IMG/VR virus record: IMGVR_UViG_3300037086_000458
Span: 22,090 to 86,089 of that record
Reading direction: 5' to 3' (one strand)
Origin: a virus
Length of the DNA stretch: 64,000 nt
The notes beneath the pieces are model-generated. The model did no database searches. It saw nothing but the letters and a program-made list of their open reading frames with translations, and had not been told where the DNA came from. The position numbers were made by a program, and so were the translations under genes. Of this stretch, positions 39,997 through 50,314 are shown piece after piece; within the stretch, counting starts at the first letter, position 1; each line of letters opens with the position of its first letter.

Positions 39997-41994
39997 ATGG
40001 CAGAAAATGAAGTTAGTGGAATTAATGCTGGAGCGGATAACCCAGTATCTCGTACCAGAACAAGAGTTAGTAAAACAGCTTCTACTGCATCGGATACGGC
40101 AAGAAAAATGACCAGAGCAAAAAGGGCTGTAATAGTCCAGGACGATACCCCAGCAAGGGCCCAACCTCTTACAGAGAATGAAATGAAGGCCCGGGCATTT
40201 AAAAAATATTCAACGACCACATTTGGTTTTAATAGCCGAGTAGCTTATTCAGGTATGGGTAGCGTAGACGTATCTGGAAGCTCTCAGGGTAATTTCTACT
40301 CCCCACAGCTATCTACAGACTTCCTGGAAAAACCACAGAACCTTCGTGAAAGAAGAGCTTGGTATAGGACCTTCTATAATGGCAATGAGTTCGTAGGACA
40401 AGCTATAGATCTCCACTCTACATTACCTATATCAAAAATTAAGCTCGATAAACCTAAATCTGAAAATCAGGATTTTGCCGATTATATATATGACTTTTAT
40501 GTTGATATGTGTAATGATCTAAAGTTGACAAAGGTATTATTAGAGACAAGTCATGAGTATCATTTAATGGGGAACGCATTTTTATATAATGAGGATCATG
40601 ATCCCTATAGTAAAGTAGATGAAGTTGGTAAAGAAGCTTTAAAAGAAACTGGTAGAGCAAGAACAAAAGAACTGTATGAAAAGTTTAAAATAATAGATAA
40701 AGATCCTAATTATAAAGGTTTTAGAAAAATAATTATACTCCCACCCGACCAGGTTAGAATTAAGAAAATACCTCTGTCGGATGAATCTCTTATAGAGTTT
40801 GTACCAGATCCTGAAACAAAAAAGACTATTCTTGGTATGGTTGAGGGAAATCCTCTTTCCTACGATTATAGAATATCTGATATAGATAAACAAAAAATAC
40901 AAGAAGATCTTCCTGAAGTCCTTTATGAAAAATTAAAGGATGGTGGAGCAATACCCCTGGATACTGATCCTAATAGTGGGTCACATTGCTACCATCTTTC
41001 AAGAAAAAAATCTCAATATGAGACTATGGGTGTTTCAATACTTGAAAGATGCGTAAACACCCTTCTGTATCAGGATAAACTTCGTCAGTCACAAACTTCC
41101 ATAGCCTCAAGGCACATGACCCCTATTAGAGTTATATGGGCTGAGGGTATGAGCGATAATGATACTGATGTCCTTAGAGAACAAGTTGATTTGGCTCTTG
41201 TAGACCCAGATTTCTCCCTTATATCAAATTTCGAGATACATTGGGAAGAAATGGGATCTAATGGTAGATTATTAGAGCTTTCATCTGAGTTTGAGCATAT
41301 TGAAAATGCTTTATTTGCAGGATTGGGAGTTACAAGAGAGTTGTTAACTGGTGAAGGTACTTATTCTGGGAATAAGATAAATCTTGAAATTCTTAATACA
41401 CAGTATCTTTTATTCAGGGAGCAATTGATAGAATATGTTGAAAACAATATATTCAAGCCTGTAGCAGTTAAAAAAGGATTTGAAGAGACAGATAAATTTG
41501 GTCGTAAGAAGCTTCTTTATCCTCATTTAAGTTTCTCACGATTGGCCGTAAGAGATAATGATGCCTTCTTTGATCAAGCTTTTAACATGTTTAATAAAGG
41601 ATCATTATCTGTAGATATCATCCATGACATAATGAATATAGATACGCATACTAATAAGAAGAAAATAGAAGCGGATCTATTCACGGTTAATGATGCGAAC
41701 TTCAATCAATTCCTTCAGAATCTCTATACATCCCTTGGTACTGTTATCGCTGAAAAATATGATATCTCTGATAAGTTAGCGGCATATCTTGGTTTAAAGC
41801 AATTACCACAACCCGTAGAAAATGCTGAGGGAGGGGAAGCAGGTGGTGGTCTTCCTGGTATGGGAAGATTCTCGAGTAGTTTAGGTAAAGATAAACAAGC
41901 AGCTTTGATGAAGATTATGGAAGCCGCCCTTAAACATCCGGAAAAATTGGATAAGATTTCAAAATTTTTAAACGGGAATGGAACGAATGCGTAA
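39997..41994 (+). CDS. portal protein
   Basis: 665 aa between terL and protease; VGQAIDLH, HLSRK, GVSILER, GLGV..ELL pattern. Confidence 0.75.
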   Translation: MAENEVSGINAGADNPVSRTRTRVSKTASTASDTARKMTRAKRAVIVQDDTPARAQPLTENEMKARAFKKYSTTTFGFNSRVAYSGMGSVDVSGSSQGNFYSPQLSTDFLEKPQNLRERRAWYRTFYNGNEFVGQAIDLHSTLPISKIKLDKPKSENQDFADYIYDFYVDMCNDLKLTKVLLETSHEYHLMGNAFLYNEDHDPYSKVDEVGKEALKETGRARTKELYEKFKIIDKDPNYKGFRKIIILPPDQVRIKKIPLSDESLIEFVPDPETKKTILGMVEGNPLSYDYRISDIDKQKIQEDLPEVLYEKLKDGGAIPLDTDPNSGSHCYHLSRKKSQYETMGVSILERCVNTLLYQDKLRQSQTSIASRHMTPIRVIWAEGMSDNDTDVLREQVDLALVDPDFSLISNFEIHWEEMGSNGRLLELSSEFEHIENALFAGLGVTRELLTGEGTYSGNKINLEILNTQYLLFREQLIEYVENNIFKPVAVKKGFEETDKFGRKKLLYPHLSFSRLAVRDNDAFFDQAFNMFNKGSLSVDIIHDIMNIDTHTNKKKIEADLFTVNDANFNQFLQNLYTSLGTVIAEKYDISDKLAAYLGLKQLPQPVENAEGGEAGGGLPGMGRFSSSLGKDKQAALMKIMEAALKHPEKLDKISKFLNGNGTNA

Positions 41995-42361
41995 ATGTAT
42001 AACTTATATCTTGAGGAAGGTAGTCGCTACCTTTCAGCAAGATGATACCCCCTACGATAACGATATCGTTGAAAAAAAGTATACGATAGAAAATCCCATA
42101 ACATCGATAAAGTTAAAAAATCAAGAATCATCTGATGAATCTAAAGGATCTGAAAAGCAAGAAGAGTCCAAAGGATCAGAGGAAAGATCAAATAAACCCC
42201 TTATAGATGTGCAGGAAAGAGATGTCCGGGATGCAAAAAGACCTGATATAAAACCTTCTCGTAGGCAGGAATCACATAGGTCTAAGTGGAAAGGTGAAGG
42301 GTCCCGGGAAGTTAGAAAAGATTATCAGAAACAATATCGTGTCGATAATGGAAACACTTAA
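41978..42361 (+). CDS. hypothetical protein
   Basis: 127 aa, charged. Confidence 0.5.
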   Translation: MERMRKCITYILRKVVATFQQDDTPYDNDIVEKKYTIENPITSIKLKNQESSDESKGSEKQEESKGSEERSNKPLIDVQERDVRDAKRPDIKPSRRQESHRSKWKGEGSREVRKDYQKQYRVDNGNT

Positions 42362-42370
42362 GGAGATATT

Positions 42371-42673
42371 ATGTCAAAAGTACCAAAACCTTTGGTTAAG
42401 CAGATTGAGAATTTTAATGAGATCATGGAAGCCTTAAACGGCCTTATTGATGGCAGTAAGATAAAACTTGAGAATTATGACGATGATTTTTTAGAGATTC
42501 TTACAGATATTCGTAAGAAGGGTTTAGAGCTTAGAGATCAGATAGAAGTGTTTAAAAATAAGTTAGAGGAATCTGTTTCTGATGAATATGATACTAGCTC
42601 AAACTCTAGATTTGCCTCTACAGAAAGAGTAATTGATTCTTTTTTAACAAGTAATGCGGAGTGTAAGTTCTAA
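42371..42673 (+). CDS. hypothetical coiled-coil protein
   Basis: AAGGAG RBS; RFASTERVIDSFL tail. Confidence 0.6.
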   Translation: MSKVPKPLVKQIENFNEIMEALNGLIDGSKIKLENYDDDFLEILTDIRKKGLELRDQIEVFKNKLEESVSDEYDTSSNSRFASTERVIDSFLTSNAECKF

Positions 42674-42681
42674 TAAGTTTC

Positions 42682-42697
42682 TAATAGTCTATTAATA
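42682..42697 (+). promoter_or_regulatory. candidate late promoter motif
   Basis: TAATAGTCTATTAATA. Confidence 0.55.
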
Positions 42698-42764
42698 TAT
42701 TTCCGAACTTTTGAAGTTAATGTCTTTAAATGACATGTGTATTGAAATTAAATAGAGGAATATT

Positions 42765-43931
42765 ATGGCAAAAGAAGAAAAGAAAAAAGTAAAGCCTTCT
42801 GATAATAAGATGGTTCAGAATATTCTATTAAAACATCCTGAAGTTATAAATAATGCTCGTCATCTATTTAGAAATGAAAACGGAACTACAATAGTTGAAG
42901 ATAGAGTCCCTCGAGGTGATCCTGAAAGAGGAACAGTGGGCCAGCCTTTTTGTCAGGGGGATCTTACTGATGCAGATTTACGGGACCTGGCTAAGTATGC
43001 TACTGAAATAGTAGATGAAGGCATCCTTCGCTACGATGAAAAAACAGCCTATGAAGATGCTTTACATAGAGCCATAGGAACTAAAGATGGTGGAAAATAT
43101 TCAGGAAAAGTAAATGCAGTTACCTATGGTTTAATACTTTCCTCTATGAATAAAAAGAAAGCTGCTCCTATAGATAAAAAAGCTAGTGAAAATATAGAAG
43201 AAAAAACACATTCAATAGATTCATCAAAGGACCCTAAGGAGGACCACATGTCAAATTTAGGCGAATTGGCAAAAATTGCTGAGTTCATAGCCAAACAAAG
43301 TCCGGATCAGATGGTTATACTCAGAGCAATGGTAAAAGAAGCTGCGGATCAGAATGATCCTAAGCGTTGGCAGAAAACCATGGATGCCATAGGTATCAAG
43401 GCTCCAAAGGCTAAGAGTGCTAGTGAAGAAGATGAGACTCCTGGGCAGGAAGAAGCTATGAGTGCAAAACATGACGAAGATAAGCCTGATACCAAAGAAG
43501 AAAAGAAAATAGAAGAGAAAGCAATGGGTAAGGGTCATGATGAAGACGAACCAGGACACGAAGAAAAAGAAACTCCAGCAGAGAAAAAAACTGAAGAAAA
43601 AGCTGTAGATAAAGCCAAAGAAGAAGAAAAAGATGCTTCTTCTCCTATAGTTGATGAGCTCGACAAAATTGCTGAAGAACTAGAGCAGTCTGGTGATTAT
43701 GAGCTTTTCAAAGTTGCATATCAGTTAGATCAGGTTTCTGATGTTCTACAGGGTAAGAAAACAGCGGCTGCTCTGGAAAGCGAACCAGATGAAAAGTATA
43801 TGAAAGACGCTTTCAAATCAACTATCCGTCAGAAAGATAAAGATGAAGGATACATGGAGTCTTTTGCTACGGATAAGACCCAGGAAGTTTCCAAAGCTTA
43901 TTCCAAAAGACCTTACGGAATAGTGAAATAA
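42765..43931 (+). CDS. putative prohead core/internal protein
   Basis: E/K-rich, many KxA(S/A); internal AAGGAGG and ATG at 43248. Confidence 0.6.
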   Translation: MAKEEKKKVKPSDNKMVQNILLKHPEVINNARHLFRNENGTTIVEDRVPRGDPERGTVGQPFCQGDLTDADLRDLAKYATEIVDEGILRYDEKTAYEDALHRAIGTKDGGKYSGKVNAVTYGLILSSMNKKKAAPIDKKASENIEEKTHSIDSSKDPKEDHMSNLGELAKIAEFIAKQSPDQMVILRAMVKEAADQNDPKRWQKTMDAIGIKAPKAKSASEEDETPGQEEAMSAKHDEDKPDTKEEKKIEEKAMGKGHDEDEPGHEEKETPAEKKTEEKAVDKAKEEEKDASSPIVDELDKIAEELEQSGDYELFKVAYQLDQVSDVLQGKKTAAALESEPDEKYMKDAFKSTIRQKDKDEGYMESFATDKTQEVSKAYSKRPYGIVK

Positions 43932-43956
43932 GTTTTAAAAATAAAGGGAGTCAGTA

Positions 43957-44526
43957 ATGCAGCCATATCCTCCAAATAAGTCTGCGGTAGCTACCAATTT
44001 CAAAATTGGTGATGCAGTAAAATGGGTCATTAGTGAAACGCAGATTTCTCCTTATATCGGTGTTATAACAGAGATATGTCCCGGTATCAATAAGGTATGG
44101 GCTGAAATGCCTATTGGGGGTAACCAACAATTTGATCCTAGCGATCTTATTTTGGTCCCCCCGGAGCAAGGGACTCCTTTAGTTAAGAAAAATACTGGGT
44201 ATAGTAGTTATGATAAGGAGAAATCGCATAAGGAGTTTGGTAATATCGGGGATAAAAAGGTCGTAAAGCTTGCTGAAGAACTTTTAGCTAAAAAGTTAAA
44301 CATTGATGTAGGTATCTATCATATAAACAAGATGGCTTCTACGATTGCCCATAAGTACGCTTCAGAAGTGATTGAAAAAATATCCTCGGATATCCTTAAA
44401 TGCAAAGATAGTGGATTAACAGATATACAAGCCTATCAAGATATTTATAAGAAATATGCTTCAAAATGCTCTGATGGTTTTATGAAGCATGCAATCCAAA
44501 AGATATATGCATTGAAGGAAGAATAA
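43957..44526 (+). CDS. putative virion protein with SH3-like N-domain
   Basis: FKIGDAVKW...GVITEI. Confidence 0.55.
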   Translation: MQPYPPNKSAVATNFKIGDAVKWVISETQISPYIGVITEICPGINKVWAEMPIGGNQQFDPSDLILVPPEQGTPLVKKNTGYSSYDKEKSHKEFGNIGDKKVVKLAEELLAKKLNIDVGIYHINKMASTIAHKYASEVIEKISSDILKCKDSGLTDIQAYQDIYKKYASKCSDGFMKHAIQKIYALKEE

Positions 44527-44532
44527 AAATAT

Positions 44533-47337
44533 ATGTCAATGCTAAGATTTGGGAATGCAGCTTTAGTGACCAGAATAGTCGATCCATTTAAATGGGTCGA
44601 CAAAAAAGTCCCTGCCGGTAGAGTTAAAGTTGCTAGAAATATAATAGCTAAGTATGATCCCTCTAAGTGGCTTTTAAGTCATGTCTCTATTATAGCTTCC
44701 GTTGATGTAGAGCTTGCAGATCAAAAAGATAAAAAAAGCAATTATTTAATTAAGCCAGAATATTCAGCTTTTGTAAATAATAATGGGGATTCTTGGGAGC
44801 GTGAACTTCTTAAAGCTACTTACAAAACTTTTTTAGGTGCTGATAATTATGTAGAGCATGTCCAAATCCCTGAGTTATCAAAAGGGAAAGTAATTGATGT
44901 TGCTTTAAGAGAAGTCCCAATAGGAAAAGATATAGATGGTAAAGATCTTACAACCCTTTATGTTGATATCCTTATAGCCACCAATAAGACTCACACTGAT
45001 TTAATTGAAAAAATTAAAGATGGTACATATAACGCAACTAGCATGGGTTGTGGGATAGCTGGTACAAAGATAATTCTACCTAATGGTTCTATTAAATTTA
45101 TAGAGAATGTTATGGTAGGGGATGAGGTATTAACGCATACCGGTAAATCAAAAAAAGTTACGGCATTATTTAATAAATATGTTTCAGATGTTTCTTTATA
45201 TTCTGTTGATTATATAGGTGCTGAAGAACCCTTAAGATTAACTGGAGAGCACCCTATTTTAATAGCATTTTCTGATTCCGTAAAATGTACCTATCAAAAA
45301 AGTAGGTGTAGGGTTGATAGAAATCAAAGTATGTGTTCTTGGAATAGTAAGGGTGGTAAGAAAAAAATAGAATGTGGTAGAGATAAAAATACCTATGAAT
45401 ATGGTTTTAAATTTGTTCCTATATCTGAGGTATCTAAAGGAGATTATATAGTTAGAGTTTTTCCTACAGATACAACTGATAGCGAAATTTTTACAGAGGA
45501 CATTTGTAGATTGTTGGGTATATATGCTGGGGATGGTTATATAGGTTGGCAATGGGCTACTAATATAGATCATATTACTCAACAAAAAACGTATACAAAA
45601 AGATACCCGGCGTATATTGGTTTTTGTTTAGGGTTAAAAGAAAAGAAGTTACAAGAAGAAGTTTTAGAACTACTTAATAAAATATCACCAAGTGTAACTA
45701 TTACAAGTAAGGAAGTTCCTGAAAGAAATGGTTTTTATATAAATGTTTATGATAAAGATTTATCAAAACTTTTTTATGAAAATTGTGGAGAAGGTGCTTG
45801 GACTAAATCTTTTTCAGATAAAGTGATGGTTTTACCTAAAGATAAGCAGCTAAAAATTATATCAGGTATGTTTGATACTGATGGGTGCTATCAAGAAAAA
45901 ACTAATAGCTTACACTATTCTTCTGCCTCTATAAATTTATTAAATCAGCTACATTTACTTCTTTTAAGAAATGGCATAGGTAATGCAAGGGAAAGGGTAT
46001 TAAGAAAAGATACAGGTAAGAAAAAAGGCCAAGGAAAATATTTTCAAGAAACAGTTACAGTTAATAAAAATTTTTCATTTAAAGTTCCAAGTTGTAAAAA
46101 TAAAAGTTTTGGTATTGAGCCTAAAATTAAAAAAGAAGATTGCTTCTTTTTTAATAACTATTATTTATCCCAAATAAAGACTATAACACATTTAAGATTT
46201 TCAGGTAATATTTATAATTTTTCTGTAGAAGAAGATGAATCTTATTCTGTAGATAATGTAGCTGTTCATAATTGTTTAATTGCTTATAGTCAGTGTTCTC
46301 AATGCGGTAATATAGCTGAAGACGAACCAAAGTTATGTAAACATGTACGTTATTTCAAGAATAACTTTTTCATAGATAAAAATGGTGTAAAAAGGATAAT
46401 AGCCGAGCTTTGTGGAAGAGCTGAAGATCCGGGTAGTAATAAGTTTATTGATGCAAGCTGGGTTAAAAAACCTGCTTTCGAAGGGGCTTTATTAAGAAAT
46501 CTGGTTGAGCCTTCTGAGGATATATCAGAAAAGCTTAATAAAGCGATGTTATTTCCTTCATTTCAACCTCAGCCTGGAATGCTCTTAAGAGCTGCCTCAC
46601 AATCAGCAGCAGCTCTTGTAAATGAGATACAAGCTCAGAATGAAGCTGCCCCTGATCCAGCCTCTTCCCCTGCTCCTAAGGAACCTAAAGAACCTGCTGG
46701 TGATGATACTGATTTTCCTGCAGCACCAGAAGGTGATACTCCTTTGAAACTTGATGAACCTCCTGCAGAAGAAGCACCAGCAGCAGAAGCACCTGTTCCA
46801 GAAGCTCCAGCAGCACCCCAGCCTCAGATCCAAGAGCCTGCCGAGGATGCAACTGTTAAAGAAGTAGAAGATCTCTTTACAAAAAATATCCTTAATAAAA
46901 TAAGAAAAAAACTATTAAAGGATGATGCAGAGTTAAAGACTGCTCCTGGTGATAAACCAATAGTTAGTGAATCCTTAAATGATAATTTTATAAAAACTTC
47001 AGATAGTAAAAATCACCTGATTAAACTAGCTAGAACTACAGGTAATAAAAGATTGATAAATGGTTTTATGATCCTTTCTAATATTGAAAATTGGGAAAGT
47101 TTAAAAAGATATGGGTATGATCGTAGAGATGTGTTAGGAATGCTTCATTTCATAGACAAAAACATGTCTTCTAACCCAGTAGGATCTGATGCAGTTTTAG
47201 CTTTGTCTAAGATTAAAACAGCAAATAGTAGCCCTCAATCTTTTTTTACTGAGATGATTATAGAAATTGGCAGACAGCCCTCAGTAAAAGAAGCTAAAAA
47301 GCTAATTAAGTGGGCTAAAATATTATCAAAATTATAG
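44533..47337 (+). CDS. prohead maturation protease containing an intein
   Basis: NNNGD, YVEH, KGKVID, TSMG|C..CSQCG; position between portal and scaffold. Confidence 0.75.
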   Translation: MSMLRFGNAALVTRIVDPFKWVDKKVPAGRVKVARNIIAKYDPSKWLLSHVSIIASVDVELADQKDKKSNYLIKPEYSAFVNNNGDSWERELLKATYKTFLGADNYVEHVQIPELSKGKVIDVALREVPIGKDIDGKDLTTLYVDILIATNKTHTDLIEKIKDGTYNATSMGCGIAGTKIILPNGSIKFIENVMVGDEVLTHTGKSKKVTALFNKYVSDVSLYSVDYIGAEEPLRLTGEHPILIAFSDSVKCTYQKSRCRVDRNQSMCSWNSKGGKKKIECGRDKNTYEYGFKFVPISEVSKGDYIVRVFPTDTTDSEIFTEDICRLLGIYAGDGYIGWQWATNIDHITQQKTYTKRYPAYIGFCLGLKEKKLQEEVLELLNKISPSVTITSKEVPERNGFYINVYDKDLSKLFYENCGEGAWTKSFSDKVMVLPKDKQLKIISGMFDTDGCYQEKTNSLHYSSASINLLNQLHLLLLRNGIGNARERVLRKDTGKKKGQGKYFQETVTVNKNFSFKVPSCKNKSFGIEPKIKKEDCFFFNNYYLSQIKTITHLRFSGNIYNFSVEEDESYSVDNVAVHNCLIAYSQCSQCGNIAEDEPKLCKHVRYFKNNFFIDKNGVKRIIAELCGRAEDPGSNKFIDASWVKKPAFEGALLRNLVEPSEDISEKLNKAMLFPSFQPQPGMLLRAASQSAAALVNEIQAQNEAAPDPASSPAPKEPKEPAGDDTDFPAAPEGDTPLKLDEPPAEEAPAAEAPVPEAPAAPQPQIQEPAEDATVKEVEDLFTKNILNKIRKKLLKDDAELKTAPGDKPIVSESLNDNFIKTSDSKNHLIKLARTTGNKRLINGFMILSNIENWESLKRYGYDRRDVLGMLHFIDKNMSSNPVGSDAVLALSKIKTANSSPQSFFTEMIIEIGRQPSVKEAKKLIKWAKILSKL
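45049..46272 (+). mobile_element. 408-aa intein with LAGLIDADG homing endonuclease
   Basis: starts CGIAGTKI, block B LTGEHP, LGIYAGDG and GMFDTDG, ends YNFSVEEDESY...VHN followed by Cys+1. Confidence 0.93.
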
Positions 47338-47344
47338 AGATTTA

Positions 47345-47360
47345 TAATAACCTATTCATA
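47345..47360 (+). promoter_or_regulatory. candidate late promoter motif
   Basis: TAATAACCTATTCATA upstream of scaffold-decoration-capsid. Confidence 0.55.
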
Positions 47361-47439
47361 TTGAATTTTTAAGTGATTGAAATTTTAGATCGATAGCAAT
47401 GGTGAAACTGAATATAAAATTATCACAGGAGGTTATTTC

Positions 47440-48558
47440 ATGAGAAACCGCTTAACTTCAAGAGTAGCTGCGGATACAGTAGCGGACAAAGGTACTGGGA
47501 TCATGAACGATCCGTACCAAGTTAACAATCCGGAACATGAAAAGAATGATCCGGAGATGTCAAGTTATGTTATAGGAGATCCTGAAAAGTTTGGTGAAGG
47601 CGTGAATAAGGATGATCTCTGGAAAAAAGATAAGAGAGATCCTGGAACGCACATTCCTGAGATTACCGCTAAGATGGCAGCGGATGCTATTAAAGCTGGT
47701 CGCAATCTCGAAGAAAAAGCTGTAAAGTGTATCGTCGCTTCTCAACGTATTCTTCCTGGTGCTGTAGATGCTGTTATTGAAAGCCAAGCGGCAGATCTCA
47801 TGCAGCTTCCTGACACTATGATTAATTCTCTTCTTAGTCGTCAAGAAGACCTGGCAAATTCTATTGCTAAGGCTGCTGAAGACACTTCTGAAAAAGTAGA
47901 AGAAAAAGAAGAGAAAGAAGAGAAGGATGAGAAGGATGCTTCTAAGGCTTGCAAAAAAGAAGATGAAGAGAGTGAAGAAGTAGATGCTTCTAAAGCTTGT
48001 AAAAAAGATGATGAGGATGAAGAAGTAGAAGCTGCTGCTAAGAAACTCGAAGAACTCCAGGCCTCAGTTATTAAACTTGCTGGTGAGATCCCTGCTGCTT
48101 TGAAGGCTTATCAGGAAGCTCAGAAAGCAAAAAAAGGTGAGAAGCCCGAAGAAAAAGAAGAAGAAAAAGATGCTGGTGCAATTCCTGAGGGTTTGAAAAA
48201 ATTTCAGGAAGAGCAAAAGGCAAAAAAAGGTGAGAAGCCCGAAGAAGATGAAAAGGATGCAGGTAAAAAAGTAGAACCTGCTGAAGAGAAAAAGGAAGAA
48301 GAAGAAGTAAAAGATGCTGCTAAGAAAGAGGAAAAGAAGCCTGAAGAAGAGATCACTTTTGGAGATACTGGTGAAGGCGAAGGAAAAGATGCTTCACAGA
48401 ATCTTCTTGATGATATCTTTTCAAGCGTTATCGCTTCTGATACGAAAAAGGGAGCAAAGAGTCTTAGTGGTTTAGTTAAGAAAGAAGCTTCTGAGGCAAA
48501 AGATCCGTTGGATGGCATATGGAATGCTCCTCCGGACGTTTCATCGCATTTTCAATAA
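47440..48558 (+). CDS. scaffolding protein
   Basis: E/K/A-rich repeats, strong RBS, between protease and capsid. Confidence 0.65.
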   Translation: MRNRLTSRVAADTVADKGTGIMNDPYQVNNPEHEKNDPEMSSYVIGDPEKFGEGVNKDDLWKKDKRDPGTHIPEITAKMAADAIKAGRNLEEKAVKCIVASQRILPGAVDAVIESQAADLMQLPDTMINSLLSRQEDLANSIAKAAEDTSEKVEEKEEKEEKDEKDASKACKKEDEESEEVDASKACKKDDEDEEVEAAAKKLEELQASVIKLAGEIPAALKAYQEAQKAKKGEKPEEKEEEKDAGAIPEGLKKFQEEQKAKKGEKPEEDEKDAGKKVEPAEEKKEEEEVKDAAKKEEKKPEEEITFGDTGEGEGKDASQNLLDDIFSSVIASDTKKGAKSLSGLVKKEASEAKDPLDGIWNAPPDVSSHFQ

Positions 48559-48662
48559 TGGATGTATGAATTGAAATAATAATAGGTAGATAGTTTTTTA
48601 ATACCCGCCAAAGAAAATTTTTTGGGTTGGGTGAGTTTAAATAATCTTAAGGAGGTTTTACT

Positions 48663-49214
48663 ATGATCGGTGAAGCAAGCGGCATAGTCCCAGATCGTGG
48701 GATGAATATTCTCTACAGAGTTACCCTTAATTCATTGGGTAAACTGACAGACGCTGGTTTAACAAAGGCTAACTACTCTTCTCTCCAGCAGCAAGCAAAC
48801 ACTCGTTTGAGTTCTTCAACTCCAAACGGTATTCTTGCTGGTAGCGTTGTAGCGGTTGGTGCAACTAGCGGGACAATCGTTGCGGCTAATGCGGATACTC
48901 TCACAGTTGTGGGTATCGCTGAGAACAATGCGGTTGGTTATCCGTATGAGTCTTCAAGTGGTGTTGGTTCCGGTAAGTGCCCTTACCTCTCAGGCGCAGG
49001 TTCATGCTTTGCAACTGACCTTTATGAGACAGCGACTGCTGGCGGAAACGCATCTATTATGACCGGTTATACTCCTGGTGCCCTTCTGTACGCTTCTGCA
49101 AATGGTCTTTTGACCAATTCTACAGATAGTGTTAAAGGCACAGTAGTTATCGGTGTTGTTTTGTCTGCTCCGTCAACAAGTGATCCGTTCATGGTTGTTC
49201 AGATGAGGATATAA
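48663..49214 (+). CDS. head decoration/cement protein
   Basis: 183 aa G/S/T/A-rich, YTPGALLYASANGLLT, upstream of capsid, AAGGAGG. Confidence 0.65.
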   Translation: MIGEASGIVPDRGMNILYRVTLNSLGKLTDAGLTKANYSSLQQQANTRLSSSTPNGILAGSVVAVGATSGTIVAANADTLTVVGIAENNAVGYPYESSSGVGSGKCPYLSGAGSCFATDLYETATAGGNASIMTGYTPGALLYASANGLLTNSTDSVKGTVVIGVVLSAPSTSDPFMVVQMRI

Positions 49215-49311
49215 TGGTGAGTGAGGTGTAACAGCCTCACTTTATTATTATAAAACTCTGAATACACATGAAATTGGGTAATCTAAAAAAAGTTTTAAGG
49301 AGGTTTTTATT

Positions 49312-50190
49312 ATGTCTGAGATCAGTAACGAAGTCAAACAGCAGCTTATAGGCGATTTCATTAAGACTGCTGCAGGCCGTGCAAAACTTGCTGCTTCCAT
49401 GATTCAGCCTTTACGTCTGAGAAGGGATTATACCTCAGTAGCACGTAAGGCTTTCTTGGTTGAGCAGCTTCCTGATGGCGCACTCCCAATCTATGACAAA
49501 GATCCGAACGTTACGGCCTTTGTTGTTGGTGAAGAGGGCGAGAACATTCTTGCTATTACCAAGCCTCGTCGCGTGATTTTCCCGTTGTTCGAAATTGCAT
49601 CGAACCCTGAAATTCCGTTGACACAGGTTAAAGAAAGACGCTTCGACCTTATTGAAAGAGCACAAGATCTTGCTAAGGCACAGATTCAGGCTGCGGAAGA
49701 TGCCAGAGCTTTTGACGTTATGGATGCAGTGTCAACGGTTGGTTTTGACAACCTTGGTTCTGCCTATGTAAATGCTCAGGTTAATGCTACTGCCCCGATC
49801 AAGCCCGCTGATTTTATTGATGCTTTCGCTCGCATCGAGACCCATGATCTGAGAGTTGCCCGAGTCTTTATGAACGCTTTGGATTATGCTGATGTGCGTA
49901 AATGGGGAAGAGACGTCCTTGACATCGAGAGTCAGGCCAGTCTGTTAAAGACAGGTTTGATGGCTACGGTTTGGGGCGCACAGATCATCGTAACGAGAAA
50001 AGTCAACCCCGGGTATGCATATGTATGTGCAGAGCCGGAGTTCTTCGGCAGAATTCCCGTTAGAACCGAGTTGACCGTACTTTCTGCTGACGATCCAAAA
50101 GCTCGCCGTATCGGTTTTAGCTGCTTCGAAAATCTTGGTATTGGTTGCCATAACCCATTGGCACTTACCAGAATTAAGATAGCTAGATAA
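49312..50190 (+). CDS. major capsid protein (HK97 fold)
   Basis: 292 aa; VGEEG, IQAAED, VFMN, VWGAQII; AAGGAGG RBS; followed by terminator. Confidence 0.85.
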   Translation: MSEISNEVKQQLIGDFIKTAAGRAKLAASMIQPLRLRRDYTSVARKAFLVEQLPDGALPIYDKDPNVTAFVVGEEGENILAITKPRRVIFPLFEIASNPEIPLTQVKERRFDLIERAQDLAKAQIQAAEDARAFDVMDAVSTVGFDNLGSAYVNAQVNATAPIKPADFIDAFARIETHDLRVARVFMNALDYADVRKWGRDVLDIESQASLLKTGLMATVWGAQIIVTRKVNPGYAYVCAEPEFFGRIPVRTELTVLSADDPKARRIGFSCFENLGIGCHNPLALTRIKIAR

Positions 50191-50217
50191 CTTTATAAAT
50201 CATAAGGTTATATACAT

Positions 50218-50253
50218 AAAGACTTGGCCTAATAAGCCAGGTCTTTTGTTTTT
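50218..50253 (+). terminator. intrinsic terminator after capsid gene
   Basis: AAAGACTTGGC...GCCAGGTCTTT then T-tract. Confidence 0.75.
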
Positions 50254-50314
50254 TATAAGCTATTTATTTAACTTCATATTTTCCTCTATGTAAACACGAA
50301 TTTTTTGTTTTTAT

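Noticed and set aside
47930-48260. Nucleotide repeats in the scaffold gene
   Set aside because: Explained by coding E/K-rich repeats
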